DNA of 64,000 bases from Thermodesulfobacteriota bacterium (GTDB lineage Bacteria; Desulfobacterota_D; UBA1144). The stretch is from NCBI GenBank assembly GCA_030835345.1, contig JAURPH010000003.1, positions 34,124-98,123 on the forward strand, given 5' to 3'. The translations under genes and the position numbers were made by a program. A model generated the notes under the pieces. It ran no database searches. It was not told the origin of the DNA and was given only the letters and a program-made list of their open reading frames with translations. This document shows positions 1-10,258 of this stretch, piece by piece (position 1 is the first letter of the stretch; every line of letters begins with the position of its first letter).

Positions 1-2
1 CA

Positions 3-146
3 GGCTATCTTGCTAAAGGATTTAATCTTGTTGAATCAGTGAGAAAAAGCAAAAAATTTGTTTCATATGGTATAAAAAATTCTTTAAGTATTGGTAAGGG
101 TCATGGACCACTTGATCACTTTCCAAGGAGAAAAAAATATGAGTGA
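3..146 (+). CDS. 3' end of an upstream CDS (partial, unknown product). Frame 3 is open from the window edge to a TGA at 144-146 and overlaps the folD start.
   Basis: A 47-codon open frame in a roughly 70% AT genome. C-terminal peptide ...SIGKGHGPLDHFPRRKKYE. No recognisable family. Confidence 0.3.
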   Translation, partial: GYLAKGFNLVESVRKSKKFVSYGIKNSLSIGKGHGPLDHFPRRKKYE

Positions 147-993
147 AAAACTAATTGATGGAAAACTTGTTTCTGAAAAGATTAGAAATGAAATAAAAGA
201 AAAAGTTCTTAAACTGAAAGAAAAATATCAAGGGGAGCCTGGGCTAGCGGCCGTACTTGTTGGTGACGATGGACCATCACAAATATATGTTAGAAACAAA
301 AGAAAAGCTTGTGAGAATGTTGGAATATATTCTGAGGAGCACAAACTATCAGCACAAACTACTGAAGAAGAGTTGTTAAAGTTGATAGATAATCTTAATA
401 ATGATAAAAAAATAAATGGGATATTAATACAGCTTCCATTACCGAGTCATATTAATGAATCCCTTGTACTAAATTCTGTAAGTTCTGATAAAGATGTTGA
501 CGGCTTTCATCCAATAAATGCAGGAAATCTTTTTGAGGGGAAACCATCCTTTATCGCATGTACTCCGCATGGAATATTGAAAATGTTAGAACATTATAAT
601 GTTGCAATTGAAGGTAAAAATGCGGTTGTTCTTGGTAGAAGTAATATAGTTGGGAAACCCGCAGCGATTTTGCTTCTTCAAAAAAATGCTACTGTTACAA
701 TATGTCATTCAAGAACTCAAAACTTAGAAGAGATTCTAAAAGGAGCTGACATTATAGTAGCAGCTATAGGCAGAGCAAATTTTGTAAAAGCAAACATGGT
801 AAAGAAAGGTGCAATAGTTGTTGATGTTGGAATTAATAGACTTGATACTGGAAAGCTTGTAGGAGATGTTGACTTTGATGAGGTGGAACCAATATCTGAT
901 CTTATTACACCAGTTCCAGGTGGTGTTGGGCCTATGACGATAACAATGCTTTTGTGGAATACAGTTTTGTCCTATGAAAAATCAGTTAGTTGA
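139..993 (+). CDS. folD: Bifunctional methylenetetrahydrofolate dehydrogenase/methenyl-THF cyclohydrolase
   Basis: ORF-track protein (91..993) contains MSEKLIDGK...YVRNKRKACE...GRSNIVGKP...PGGVGPMT, typical FolD motifs. The likely true start is ATG 139, preceded by AAGGAG at 126-131. Confidence 0.92.
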   Translation: MSEKLIDGKLVSEKIRNEIKEKVLKLKEKYQGEPGLAAVLVGDDGPSQIYVRNKRKACENVGIYSEEHKLSAQTTEEELLKLIDNLNNDKKINGILIQLPLPSHINESLVLNSVSSDKDVDGFHPINAGNLFEGKPSFIACTPHGILKMLEHYNVAIEGKNAVVLGRSNIVGKPAAILLLQKNATVTICHSRTQNLEEILKGADIIVAAIGRANFVKANMVKKGAIVVDVGINRLDTGKLVGDVDFDEVEPISDLITPVPGGVGPMTITMLLWNTVLSYEKSVS

Positions 994-1311
994 TTGTCTA
1001 ACTATATAATTACCCTCACTGTCATTTCCATCAAATAATAAATTAACTGATGGGTGATTAAATGGAGCTTTTGAATGATCTTTTTCAAGATTCTGTTGGG
1101 AGACATAAGCAATATATGTTGTTTTATCCTCATTTTCTGCCAGTAAATGATAAAAGGGTTGATCTTTACTAGGTCTTCTTTCCTCTGGGATTCTTTCATA
1201 CCATTCATCCGTACTGTTAAACAATGGATCAACATCAAAAATTATTCCTCTGAAATCAAATAATCTATGTCTAACTACTTGCCCTAATTTAAATTTTGCT
1301 TCATCTGTCAT
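982..1311 (-). CDS. hspQ: HspQ/YccV-like hemimethylated-DNA-binding domain protein
   Basis: 109 aa. N-terminal KFKLGQVVRHRLFDFRGIIFDVDP matches the YccV-like domain. Convergent with folD, overlapping by 12 nt. Confidence 0.7.
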   Translation of the reverse strand: MTDEAKFKLGQVVRHRLFDFRGIIFDVDPLFNSTDEWYERIPEERRPSKDQPFYHLLAENEDKTTYIAYVSQQNLEKDHSKAPFNHPSVNLLFDGNDSEGNYIVRQSTN

Positions 1312-1350
1312 AAATAAAATATAATCACTCGTAAATCATTTTCAATTAAT

Positions 1351-1827
1351 TTAAAGAACTTTTTCAACCTTCTGGTCAAGCAAATCATTTAACAAATTAG
1401 ACAATGTGATATTCAATAAGGGGTGTAAGTAGTTTGGTTCTATTTCCGCAGCAGGTTCTATAACAAATCTTCTCAAAGCAGCACGAGGATGAGGTATTAT
1501 CAGATTAGGTTCCTCAATTATTTCATCATCATAAAATACTATATCAATATCAATAATTCTATCAGACATAATTCCTTTCATTTGTCTACCCATATCCAAT
1601 TCAATTTCTTTAGTAATAGATAGAACTTCTTCTGGCCTAAGTTTAGTTTCAATTAAAGTTGCAATATTATAAAAACTCTTATCGGTTAGGAAGCCTATCG
1701 GTTCAGATGAATATGTTGATGATATTTTTTTTAAATTAAAAAAATCCTCAATTTTATCAATCGATTTTCCTAAATTTTCCTGTCTATTCCCCATATTTGT
1801 ACCAATAGAAAAAATAACTTTAGCCAT
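1351..1827 (-). CDS. folK: 2-amino-4-hydroxy-6-hydroxymethyldihydropteridine pyrophosphokinase (HPPK)
   Basis: 158 aa. DIDIV...HPRAALRRFV are hallmark HPPK motifs. Confidence 0.85.
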   Translation of the reverse strand: MAKVIFSIGTNMGNRQENLGKSIDKIEDFFNLKKISSTYSSEPIGFLTDKSFYNIATLIETKLRPEEVLSITKEIELDMGRQMKGIMSDRIIDIDIVFYDDEIIEEPNLIIPHPRAALRRFVIEPAAEIEPNYLHPLLNITLSNLLNDLLDQKVEKVL

Positions 1828-1884
1828 AAATAAATATTAGAATATTTTTGACATGTTTTACAATTTCAATTATTTTTTACTTCA

Positions 1885-2157
1885 ATGAAAGTTAAAAAAA
1901 TATCAGCAAGTGATGTAAAAAAGAATGTGCCCACCTGGTCTATTAAAAAAGGTAAATTATATAAAAAATTTGTCTTTTTAAATTTTTCTGATGCATTAGG
2001 ATTTATTGTTCAAGTAGGAATTGAATCAGAAAAAATCAATCATCATGCAACCATAAACAATACATACAACAAAGTCGAAATAGTACTGTCTACTCATAGC
2101 ACCAACTCTTTGTCTAATTTAGATGTAAAACTTGCACAAATGATAGATGATATTTAA
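1885..2157 (+). CDS. phhB: Pterin-4a-carbinolamine dehydratase
   Basis: 90 aa. ...EKINHHATINNTYNKVEIVLSTHS... matches the PCD/DCoH fold motif (HH..I..Y..V.I.L.TH). Confidence 0.8.
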   Translation: MKVKKISASDVKKNVPTWSIKKGKLYKKFVFLNFSDALGFIVQVGIESEKINHHATINNTYNKVEIVLSTHSTNSLSNLDVKLAQMIDDI

Positions 2158-2411
2158 TCAACTTTATATTTGTCTTTATCAATATCTACAACTTGCTTAT
2201 CAATAGATGAATTATTTTGATCAGTAAAGGCAGAGGTTTCTTTTGCATTCCCATCTTTTCTCTTATTCTGACTAGTGATGCTAAATTTTCTATATAATCT
2301 AGTAAGAAAGAAAATTCCCAAAATTAAAAGAAATCCGGTAGTAAAAAGAAATGCAAGAGTTACTAAAACCGCAATGCTTACAATTGATGTTAATACTGTC
2401 CTCAAATTCAT
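2154..2411 (-). CDS. Small two-helix membrane protein, unknown function
   Basis: 85 aa with a hydrophobic N-terminal half (two predicted TM helices). Immediately downstream of secA on the same strand. Confidence 0.4.
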   Translation of the reverse strand: MNLRTVLTSIVSIAVLVTLAFLFTTGFLLILGIFFLTRLYRKFSITSQNKRKDGNAKETSAFTDQNNSSIDKQVVDIDKDKYKVD

Positions 2412-2416
2412 TGTAT

Positions 2417-4978
2417 TTATCTTCTTTGTTTTTTTCTTTGCTTCCTTTTCTGCTTCTCTAAATCTCTTCTTTTATTTTTTGCTTTAACTTGTGATAATTT
2501 TTTATCATTTGCTTGCTTAGAATCATTGTTAATCGAATCAGTTTCATTTTCAATGGCTGTATCATCAGTATATGACAAATCTTCATTATTGTCTTTTGTT
2601 TTTTCTATCTCTTTTATCTCTTCATCAGTAATTGGAACTACTTCTAAAAATCTTTTTAATGCTTCATAATTGAAATTGTCCAACATACTTTCAAACATTT
2701 CATATCCCTCTTTTTTATATTCATTTAGAGGATTCTGTTGAGCATAGCCCCTTAAACTAACACTTTCTCTAAGATAGTCCATTGAAAGAAGATGGTCCTT
2801 CCAAGCCATATCTAGGGATGATATAAGGACTAATTTGGCTATTGGTTCATACATTTCACCTAAGTTTTTTTTCTTCTCATTTATTTTATTCATTAAATAA
2901 GAGTCGACTTCCTCTAAGGAATTTATATCGACAGAGGTATTAATTAAACCAATATTACTAAATATGTGTTCTATAGAAATATCATTATCTTTTTGGAAAG
3001 CATGGGAAATTGAATCTGAAATTTCATCTTTAATATTCTCTAACACTTGATCGACTTCGCTATCTCTTAGTAATTTATTTCTAATTTTATAGATAACTTC
3101 TCTTTGCTTATTTTGAACATCATCATATTCCAATAGATGTTTCCTCATCTCAAAATTTCTAGCTTCTACTTTTTTCTGAGCATTTTCAAGTGAACCTGTG
3201 ATCATTTTATGCTCTATAGGCTCACCCTCCTCCCAACCAAGTTTTCCCATCACACCAGATATTCTTTCTGAGCCAAATAGTCTCATTAATTCATCTTCCA
3301 TTGAAACAAAAAATTGTGTAACGCCTGGGTCGCCTTGTCTTCCAGATCTTCCCCTAAGCTGGTTATCGATTCGTCTTGATTCATGTCGCTCACTTCCAAG
3401 AACTATCAATCCACCAATATTCAGAATTTTATCTTTATCGTTAGAGCTTTCTCCTCCCAATTTAATATCTGTTCCTCTTCCAGCCATATTGGTTGCAATT
3501 GTTACAGAGCCTAACTTTCCTGCACTTTGAATTATTTCTGCTTCTTTTTCATGGTTTTTAGCATTAAGAACACTATGATTTATGTTTAACTTCTTTAATT
3601 CTCTACTAAGAGCCTCAGATTTTTCAACGGAAATTGTTCCAATTAAAATTGGATTTCCTTTTGAATTATAATTTTTTATTTCATTTACTATCGCTAAAAA
3701 TTTTTCTTTCTCAGATCTATATATTAAATCATTTAAATCTTTTCTAGCCATTTCAACATTAGTTGGAATTACTACAACTTTTAACCCATATATATTTTGA
3801 AACTCTAATGCTTCTGTATCAGCAGTACCTGTCATACCAGACAGTTTTGTGTACATTCGAAAATAATTCTGAATTGTAATAGAGGCTAGTGTTTGATTTT
3901 CTTCCTCTATATCGACATTTTCTTTTGCCTCTACAGCTTGATGTAATCCATCACTCCATCTCCTAGAAGGCATCATACGTCCAGTGAATTCATCCACTAT
4001 CACAACCTTATTGTCTTGTACCACATAGTCTTTATCTTTCTCATATAAATTAATTGCCCTAAGTGATTGGTTAATGGAATGAAGTAAAGTTAGGTTCTGT
4101 GGATCATATAAATTATCTATGTCTAACAATCTTTGTAGTTTTTCTATACCTGAATCTTGAATAAAGACTTGTTTTGATTTTTCGTCTAATACAATATCTT
4201 CTTTATTTAATTGCTTACAAATAGCATTAATTTTTTTATAATCTACAAGTGAGTTATCCGTGGGTCCAGAAATAATAAGCGGAGTTCTTGCTTCATCAAT
4301 CAAAATACTATCAACTTCATCGACTATAGCAAAAAAATGATTTTTTTGACAAATATCATCTGGTGCATATTTCATATTATCTCTTAGATAATCAAAGCCA
4401 AACTCACTATTTGTTCCATAAATTATATCGCATTTGTACGCATCAGATCTTTTAACTTCAACAACATCATAATTATTATTTTCACAAATAACCTCATATG
4501 ATTTACCACTATTTAAAACTCCTACCTTAAGTCCTAAGCTTAGATATATTGGAGCCATCCATTTAGCATCTCTCCTTGCCAAATAATCATTAACAGTAAT
4601 CAAGTGAACATTCTGGAGAAGTGAGTTTAATATTACAGGCAAGGTTGCAACAAGAGTTTTCCCCTCACCTGTTTTCATCTCAGCTATTTTCCCTTCATGC
4701 AATACGATTCCACCAATTAATTGAACATCAAAAGGTCTGAGCCCTAAAACAGTTTTAGACACCTGCCTACCAATTGCGAATACATCTGGAAGCACCTCTT
4801 CAAGTCTATTTGGAGATAATTCTTCATTTTTAAATTGCTCAAATTTATCTTTTAATTGTGAAATAGTGAGTTTAGAATATTCATCTTCCAGATTATTTAT
4901 TGTATTTACGGTTTTTTTAATTCTAGAGATTTCTCTTTTATTTCCAGAGCCAAAAATTTTTTTTATAACATTAAACAT
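2417..4978 (-). CDS. secA: Preprotein translocase ATPase SecA
   Basis: 853 aa with DEAD-like motor motifs (MKTGEGKT, DEVDSILIDEARTPLIISG, GRSGRQGDPG). The C-terminus is a Lys/Arg-rich tail with no CxxC zinc finger. Confidence 0.97.
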   Translation of the reverse strand: MFNVIKKIFGSGNKREISRIKKTVNTINNLEDEYSKLTISQLKDKFEQFKNEELSPNRLEEVLPDVFAIGRQVSKTVLGLRPFDVQLIGGIVLHEGKIAEMKTGEGKTLVATLPVILNSLLQNVHLITVNDYLARRDAKWMAPIYLSLGLKVGVLNSGKSYEVICENNNYDVVEVKRSDAYKCDIIYGTNSEFGFDYLRDNMKYAPDDICQKNHFFAIVDEVDSILIDEARTPLIISGPTDNSLVDYKKINAICKQLNKEDIVLDEKSKQVFIQDSGIEKLQRLLDIDNLYDPQNLTLLHSINQSLRAINLYEKDKDYVVQDNKVVIVDEFTGRMMPSRRWSDGLHQAVEAKENVDIEEENQTLASITIQNYFRMYTKLSGMTGTADTEALEFQNIYGLKVVVIPTNVEMARKDLNDLIYRSEKEKFLAIVNEIKNYNSKGNPILIGTISVEKSEALSRELKKLNINHSVLNAKNHEKEAEIIQSAGKLGSVTIATNMAGRGTDIKLGGESSNDKDKILNIGGLIVLGSERHESRRIDNQLRGRSGRQGDPGVTQFFVSMEDELMRLFGSERISGVMGKLGWEEGEPIEHKMITGSLENAQKKVEARNFEMRKHLLEYDDVQNKQREVIYKIRNKLLRDSEVDQVLENIKDEISDSISHAFQKDNDISIEHIFSNIGLINTSVDINSLEEVDSYLMNKINEKKKNLGEMYEPIAKLVLISSLDMAWKDHLLSMDYLRESVSLRGYAQQNPLNEYKKEGYEMFESMLDNFNYEALKRFLEVVPITDEEIKEIEKTKDNNEDLSYTDDTAIENETDSINNDSKQANDKKLSQVKAKNKRRDLEKQKRKQRKKQRR

Positions 4979-4996
4979 TTTAGATTAAAGTAATTT

Positions 4997-7900
4997 TTAA
5001 TTCGGCAATTCAACAGGTACAACTTCACTTATACCCTCAACTCTAGATGTTACTCCAATTAATTTATTCACGAATTTCATTGTTCTTTTGTTATGAGTGA
5101 TAATTGCTACTTGAGATAGCTTTGATATCTCTTCCAACATTTCACCAAACTTTGTAATATTTTTATCATCTAAAGGAGCATCAACTTCATCCAACAACAA
5201 AAATGGAGCAGGTCTAACAAAGTAAGCTGACAGTAAAAGTGCGATGCCAGCTAAAGCCCTTTCTCCACCAGAGTATGATTTTAATGTTCTGTATTTCTTT
5301 AAACCTATTTTTAACATGACCTCTATCCCAGAGTCCTTAAGTGACTCGGGATTTGTGAGCATAAGCTTACCCTCACCCCCACCAAATAATCTTTTTACAT
5401 ATTCATCATATTTAGAACTAATCAAGTTGAAGGTCTCCAAAAAGGCTGCCTGTGATTCTTCATCAATCTTATTAATTGTCTTGTTTAAATTATCTAAAGA
5501 AATTTCTAAATCTTCTACTTGAGAATTTATAAAATCATATCTTTCCTGTAATTTTTTAAACTCTTCAGGAGCTAATAAGTTAACTGGTCCAAAATTATCA
5601 ATTGTTTTTTGCAGTTTATAAAATTTTGATTTTGTCAGCTCATCCTCACCCAACGATTCAATTTGATATATTTCATCATCTGTTAAAATTTTAAGCTGTT
5701 CTACATAATCTTTGTTATCAATATTTTCAAACAACTGATCTAGCTCAAACTGAACCTTTTGTATTCTTACTTCAAAATCTACATTCTTTTTTATTTCATC
5801 ATCTATCTGACTAGCTTTTACAATTAAATCTTTCTTTAATCCAGTTAGTGCTGTTTTATTTGTTTCATTTTTTATAGAAATATCTGAAATAGAATCTTGC
5901 ATCTTCTTTATTTGATTCTGAAATTCTATTTTTGAACTTTCTAAACTTTCAATTTCATTCAAATTTTGTTCAAATGATTCTTCATAAGATATTATTTTTT
6001 CTGATACTATTGCTTTCTTTGAAGAAGATTTGCTAATTTTTAATTTTAAGGTGTCTAACTCATTAGATAAATCTTTTGTTGAAAGTAACAACCTTTGCTC
6101 GTCTTCTTTCCTTCTGTCAGTTAATAATTGTTGAATATTGGAACTTTCAGAAAAATTAATGGAATTAAACCTTTCTTCAAATGATCGCTTTTCGATTAAA
6201 ATTTCTTCAATTTCTTCCTGAATATCAAGCACTCTGTCAGACTTAGAATTTATATCGGACTCAATATCAATCATCTGATGTTCTATATTTTTCTTGCTCT
6301 CCAACTCATTATTCAAATTATTTTTTAAATCTCTTAACTGAATCGATAAATTAGAATAGTTTTCATTCAGTGAATTAATTTCGGAGTCAAATGTAGCTAC
6401 TCTCTGATTGATATTGAAGATTTCATCTTCTATTTCTTTCTTTCTAAGCATAATCTTGTCAATTTCACTGTCTAATTTTTGTCTATCTGTATTTAATTTT
6501 TTAATTTCTTCCTTAATTTGAATAATATTGTCTGGAGCCGAGCCAACTGTTATAGACCCGTTAGAATCAAAGAACTCTCCATCCTTTGTAACAAAATTAA
6601 AGTTACAATATTCTTTCCTAGCATTTAATGCATCTTTTATATCATCAACCACATAAGTTTCACCAAATATTGTGGCAAGAAAAGGCCTGTTATCATTTGA
6701 ACAATCTAGACAATCAATGATATTTTTATGATGAATAGAAGTACTACCTCCCATATATCTTGTTGAATCCATAGGTATGAATGTACCTCTACCACTGAAT
6801 TGCTTTTTAAACTCATCAATTGCTGTCAATGTATTTTCGGACTGGTCTATTAGTATCCATTTTAGTTTCTCACCTAAAGTAGCCTCTATAGCTTTTTCGA
6901 ATCCTGGCTTAGGTTTTATATAATCTGACAAGATACCTTCAATGTTTGTGCCTTTTAATTTATTAACAAATTCTCTTATTCCCTCTGGTAACCACCCATA
7001 ATTTGATTCAATATTCTCTAATACTTTGACTCTTGATTTAGTTGCCTCAATATTAGAATTAATATTTAAATAGTCTTGATTTATATCATTCAGATTTTTT
7101 TGTATTAACTCTAGTTTTTTTATTTCTGAGTCTTTATTTGTAGAGCAGTTATATTTTATGTTTTCCAAATTAGATATTTCTTCATTCAAACTATCCATAT
7201 CGGCTTTTATTTTCTCAATAAATTTTTCTGCCTTAGTGGAGAGTTCATTAAAGCTCAACTTTTTATCTTTTAATGAATCAAGTTCTTTTTCAAGAATCTT
7301 AATACTTGTTTTTTGTGCAGAATATCTTTCTACAGCATTAAATAGCCTATCTTTGATACTATTTTCATTAGATTCATCAAGTTGAGCTGTATTGTTTTTA
7401 TTTTTTTCAATATCATTAAGCTTGGCATGCTGCTTACCAATCTGATTTGAAAGCCTGGTCTTTTGGTCCATCATCAAATTGATTTCATCATTTAATTCTG
7501 ACTTTAATTCTAATGATGACTCCAGCTCTTTTTTGATTAATTCATTTTCAGACTCTTTAGTTTTAATGTTAGATTGAACTCCAAAAAGTTGTTCTTTAGA
7601 AATTAAGCTATTTGAATTTATTTCGTCAATGTTGTTTTTTAAATTTAATATTTCTAATTCAGTTTTCTCGATTAATTCATCAATACCAAGCTTTTCAAAC
7701 TTTAATTTTTTTAAATTTTCACTATAAACACTTCTTTCTTCTTTCTCTTTATTCAATTTTTCTAATAAATCTTGATATCTTTTTTTGTAAAATAATTTTT
7801 CTAGACTTTTATATTTATCAACAAGTCCAGAATATTCACTTGCTTTATCTGCTTGGTCACTCAAAGAGTCTTTTTGCAATCTAACTTCTTCCTTTATATC

Positions 7901-8482
7901 ATTAACTCTATCTAAATTATCATTTGTTAAAATAATCTTCCTTTCTGTTTCATGTCTTTTGAGTTTATATTTACCAAGTCCTGCGGCTTCATCTATTAAC
8001 TGTCTTTTTTCCTCAGGTTTTGCAGTTATGTAAGATTCAATTTGACCCTGGGGTATAATAGTAAAAGATCTTGAGCCAGCACCTATAGACATAACAACAT
8101 CTGTAATATCTTTTAACCTACAAGATTCACCATTTAAGAAATATAAGCTCTCTCCTGTCCTATTGAGCCTTCTTTTTATCTCTATTTCATTCGGAATATC
8201 GTCCTTTGAAGATAAATTTTCTACAATCAATGAAACTTCAGCATAGCCTTGTTTAGATAATTTATCATTACCATCTGAAATTATTTGAGACATAGAATCT
8301 AATCTAAGAAGCCTAGGATTCTGCTCACCCAGTACCCATCGTAATGCATCTAATAAATTTGTTTTTCCACAACCATTTGGACCTACAATGGCTGAAATAT
8401 TATCATCAAAAGAAATATTGGATTTCTCATAAAAGGTCTTAAAACCCTTAATAGATAATGATTTAATCCTCATTTTAGGCAA
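4997..8482 (-). CDS. smc: Chromosome segregation protein SMC
   Basis: 1161 aa. N-terminal Walker A GPNGCGKTN, long coiled coils, hinge region, C-terminal signature LSGGE and Walker B LLLDEVDAPLD. Confidence 0.95.
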   Translation of the reverse strand: MPKMRIKSLSIKGFKTFYEKSNISFDDNISAIVGPNGCGKTNLLDALRWVLGEQNPRLLRLDSMSQIISDGNDKLSKQGYAEVSLIVENLSSKDDIPNEIEIKRRLNRTGESLYFLNGESCRLKDITDVVMSIGAGSRSFTIIPQGQIESYITAKPEEKRQLIDEAAGLGKYKLKRHETERKIILTNDNLDRVNDIKEEVRLQKDSLSDQADKASEYSGLVDKYKSLEKLFYKKRYQDLLEKLNKEKEERSVYSENLKKLKFEKLGIDELIEKTELEILNLKNNIDEINSNSLISKEQLFGVQSNIKTKESENELIKKELESSLELKSELNDEINLMMDQKTRLSNQIGKQHAKLNDIEKNKNNTAQLDESNENSIKDRLFNAVERYSAQKTSIKILEKELDSLKDKKLSFNELSTKAEKFIEKIKADMDSLNEEISNLENIKYNCSTNKDSEIKKLELIQKNLNDINQDYLNINSNIEATKSRVKVLENIESNYGWLPEGIREFVNKLKGTNIEGILSDYIKPKPGFEKAIEATLGEKLKWILIDQSENTLTAIDEFKKQFSGRGTFIPMDSTRYMGGSTSIHHKNIIDCLDCSNDNRPFLATIFGETYVVDDIKDALNARKEYCNFNFVTKDGEFFDSNGSITVGSAPDNIIQIKEEIKKLNTDRQKLDSEIDKIMLRKKEIEDEIFNINQRVATFDSEINSLNENYSNLSIQLRDLKNNLNNELESKKNIEHQMIDIESDINSKSDRVLDIQEEIEEILIEKRSFEERFNSINFSESSNIQQLLTDRRKEDEQRLLLSTKDLSNELDTLKLKISKSSSKKAIVSEKIISYEESFEQNLNEIESLESSKIEFQNQIKKMQDSISDISIKNETNKTALTGLKKDLIVKASQIDDEIKKNVDFEVRIQKVQFELDQLFENIDNKDYVEQLKILTDDEIYQIESLGEDELTKSKFYKLQKTIDNFGPVNLLAPEEFKKLQERYDFINSQVEDLEISLDNLNKTINKIDEESQAAFLETFNLISSKYDEYVKRLFGGGEGKLMLTNPESLKDSGIEVMLKIGLKKYRTLKSYSGGERALAGIALLLSAYFVRPAPFLLLDEVDAPLDDKNITKFGEMLEEISKLSQVAIITHNKRTMKFVNKLIGVTSRVEGISEVVPVELPN

Positions 8483-8515
8483 TGATAAAACAATATATAA
8501 TGCAAGTAAAGCTCT

Positions 8516-10000
8516 TTAATTAGAAAAATATTTTGGATTGAGTTTGACCGTAACATCCTTAACCAAGTCAGAAAGTAACTTCTCACGTAAAACACTTCTT
8601 TTTTCCATAATTAAATCTTTTTTTATTTTGTCTCTGTCCAACTCTATTAAATTTATATCAGGGACTCTAATCTTCTCTAGGAAGACTAAATAGTCATAAT
8701 TTTTACCTTTAAAAATTTTATTAATAAGGAAATTCTTTTCACTAGTTAATGTTAAAAAATCATAGTTTTGCATTAATTCTGGTGAATTATCCAACCTTTC
8801 GTCATATAAAAACTGAATTGAGGCTCTTTTGTCAGAATTTAAGATATCATAAAAATCATCAGGCCTTTCATCAAAAATATTGAATGCTTCATCAAAAAAA
8901 GAATCCTCTGCTTTTTTTATAAAGTCTTTTTTCATTAAATTGAGCACATAACTTTCAAAAACTTTGTCGATTTTTGTCTTCTTTGAAACCCAAATTTTAT
9001 TTTTATAGAGCAAAATATTTATTTCATTATCACTGGCTATTATCTGTTCATTTATATAATTTGGCAATTTAGTATCAGGCAATACATAATTTAGTATTTC
9101 TTCACTTTTATTTAGGTTTTTAGCAATATCTTCAAATTTCATGGAATTACTTAGCAACAAAATATCTTCATAACTAGAAATAATTCTTGCTTCGCCAATT
9201 TTCTCCGAGATTTCTTTTTTAAAAATCTCTTTATCATAATCTTTATCTTTTCCATAGTTTTCGTAATAAGAAACAATATCGGCATCACTTACCTCACCAT
9301 CCTTGACAAGATCAGATGGTTTTATATAAAAAAGCTCAACTGAAATATTATTAGAAAATGATTCATCTTTCACATTAGCTTTATATCTTTCAATTTCATC
9401 TTTTGTAAATCTAATAGGATTTAAAGTATCTGAATTGAAATTAATTTTAATGTAGTTGATCTTTGTCTCAATTAATTTAAACGAAGTTACTATATCTTCT
9501 TCAGAAACAACTACACTTCCATCTATAAAATTTGTGAGTTTTTCTACAATAGCTTCCTCAAATAAAATAGATTCAAATATAATTGAATCGATACCAAAAG
9601 ATTTTTTGATAACTTCCTTGTATTCCTTGCTGGATTTTATCTCTCCGTAATTAAGAATCACATTGCTATTAAGAATTTTATCTCTTATTTCTTTATCAGA
9701 AACATATAAACCCATACTTTTCCCTGCTATTGACAGTGCTTTTCTCTTAGAAATCATATTAATTATTTGGAGATCTAATATTTTTAAATAATCTGGGTTT
9801 GATTTTATTTCATTTGGCAAATTCAGCAACTCTTTATTTTTGAAAAAATTAAACTCATCTTTTGTAATATTCTCTTTGCCAACCTTGGCTACTATATCTC
9901 TAGACATACCAAAATTTGCAAACTCGGTACCAACACCTAAGCTTATAATTAAACCTAAAGCTAAAATTATTATTATTATTTTAGATAGAAATGAATTCAT
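8516..10000 (-). CDS. Periplasmic chaperone, PpiD/SurA-N-terminal-domain family (membrane-anchored)
   Basis: 494 aa. An N-terminal TM anchor followed by a SurA_N-like region (FNFFKNKELLNLPNE...). I see no clear parvulin motif. Confidence 0.55.
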   Translation of the reverse strand: MNSFLSKIIIIILALGLIISLGVGTEFANFGMSRDIVAKVGKENITKDEFNFFKNKELLNLPNEIKSNPDYLKILDLQIINMISKRKALSIAGKSMGLYVSDKEIRDKILNSNVILNYGEIKSSKEYKEVIKKSFGIDSIIFESILFEEAIVEKLTNFIDGSVVVSEEDIVTSFKLIETKINYIKINFNSDTLNPIRFTKDEIERYKANVKDESFSNNISVELFYIKPSDLVKDGEVSDADIVSYYENYGKDKDYDKEIFKKEISEKIGEARIISSYEDILLLSNSMKFEDIAKNLNKSEEILNYVLPDTKLPNYINEQIIASDNEINILLYKNKIWVSKKTKIDKVFESYVLNLMKKDFIKKAEDSFFDEAFNIFDERPDDFYDILNSDKRASIQFLYDERLDNSPELMQNYDFLTLTSEKNFLINKIFKGKNYDYLVFLEKIRVPDINLIELDRDKIKKDLIMEKRSVLREKLLSDLVKDVTVKLNPKYFSN

Positions 10001-10057
10001 ATCCTGAATAATATCATAATTAATTTAATTTTTTATTGATTCATTTATAATAAGAAA

Positions 10058-10258
10058 ATGATGGTTTTAGTTAATGGTAAGAAAAGAGTTATAGATAGCA
10101 ATTTTGGTATCATTGATATAGTCAAAAGTTTTAAAGTTGAAAAAAAATATCTAGCTGTTGGCCTAAATGGAGAATTTGTTCCCAAACAGCTTTATTCAGA
10201 AATAAAATTAAAAGAGGGCGATGAAATTGAAGTTGTATCACCTCACCCGGGCGGTTAA
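10058..10258 (+). CDS. thiS: Thiamine-biosynthesis sulfur carrier protein ThiS
   Basis: 66 aa ubiquitin-like protein ending in GG. Immediately upstream of thiG with a 0-nt gap. Confidence 0.85.
   Translation: MMVLVNGKKRVIDSNFGIIDIVKSFKVEKKYLAVGLNGEFVPKQLYSEIKLKEGDEIEVVSPHPGG

Noticed and set aside
91-138. ORF-track folD start at 91 (MVRVMDHLITFQGEKN...)
   Set aside because: FolD proteins begin at the MSEKLIDGK-type sequence. ATG 139 has a strong SD (AAGGAG), and the upstream frame-3 ORF more plausibly covers 3..146.
3198-3530. ORF-track entries antisense to or embedded in large genes (for example 3198..3530 in secA, 1002..1238, 5244..5522, 7158..7385, 7612..7884 in smc, 9456..9650, 12741..12950, 14200..14760, 16499..17053, 17922..18173, 19253..19997, 25170..25361, 26633..27873, 31297..31521, 34636..34833, 38087..38458, 39773..39973, 43421..43729, 45481..45717, 46441..46722, 46964..47758, 49707..49991, 50400..50630, 51713..51913, 53046..53261, 53425..53649, 56765..56959, 58911..59099, 60335..60898, 61567..62010)
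   Set aside because: All overlap well-supported genes on the other strand or in another frame. They are low-complexity and typical of chance ORFs in AT-rich DNA.
10001-10057. Possible TPP riboswitch upstream of thiS-thiG
   Set aside because: The spacer is only 57 nt and has no CUGAGA or thi-box-like elements. thiSG appear unregulated by a riboswitch here.
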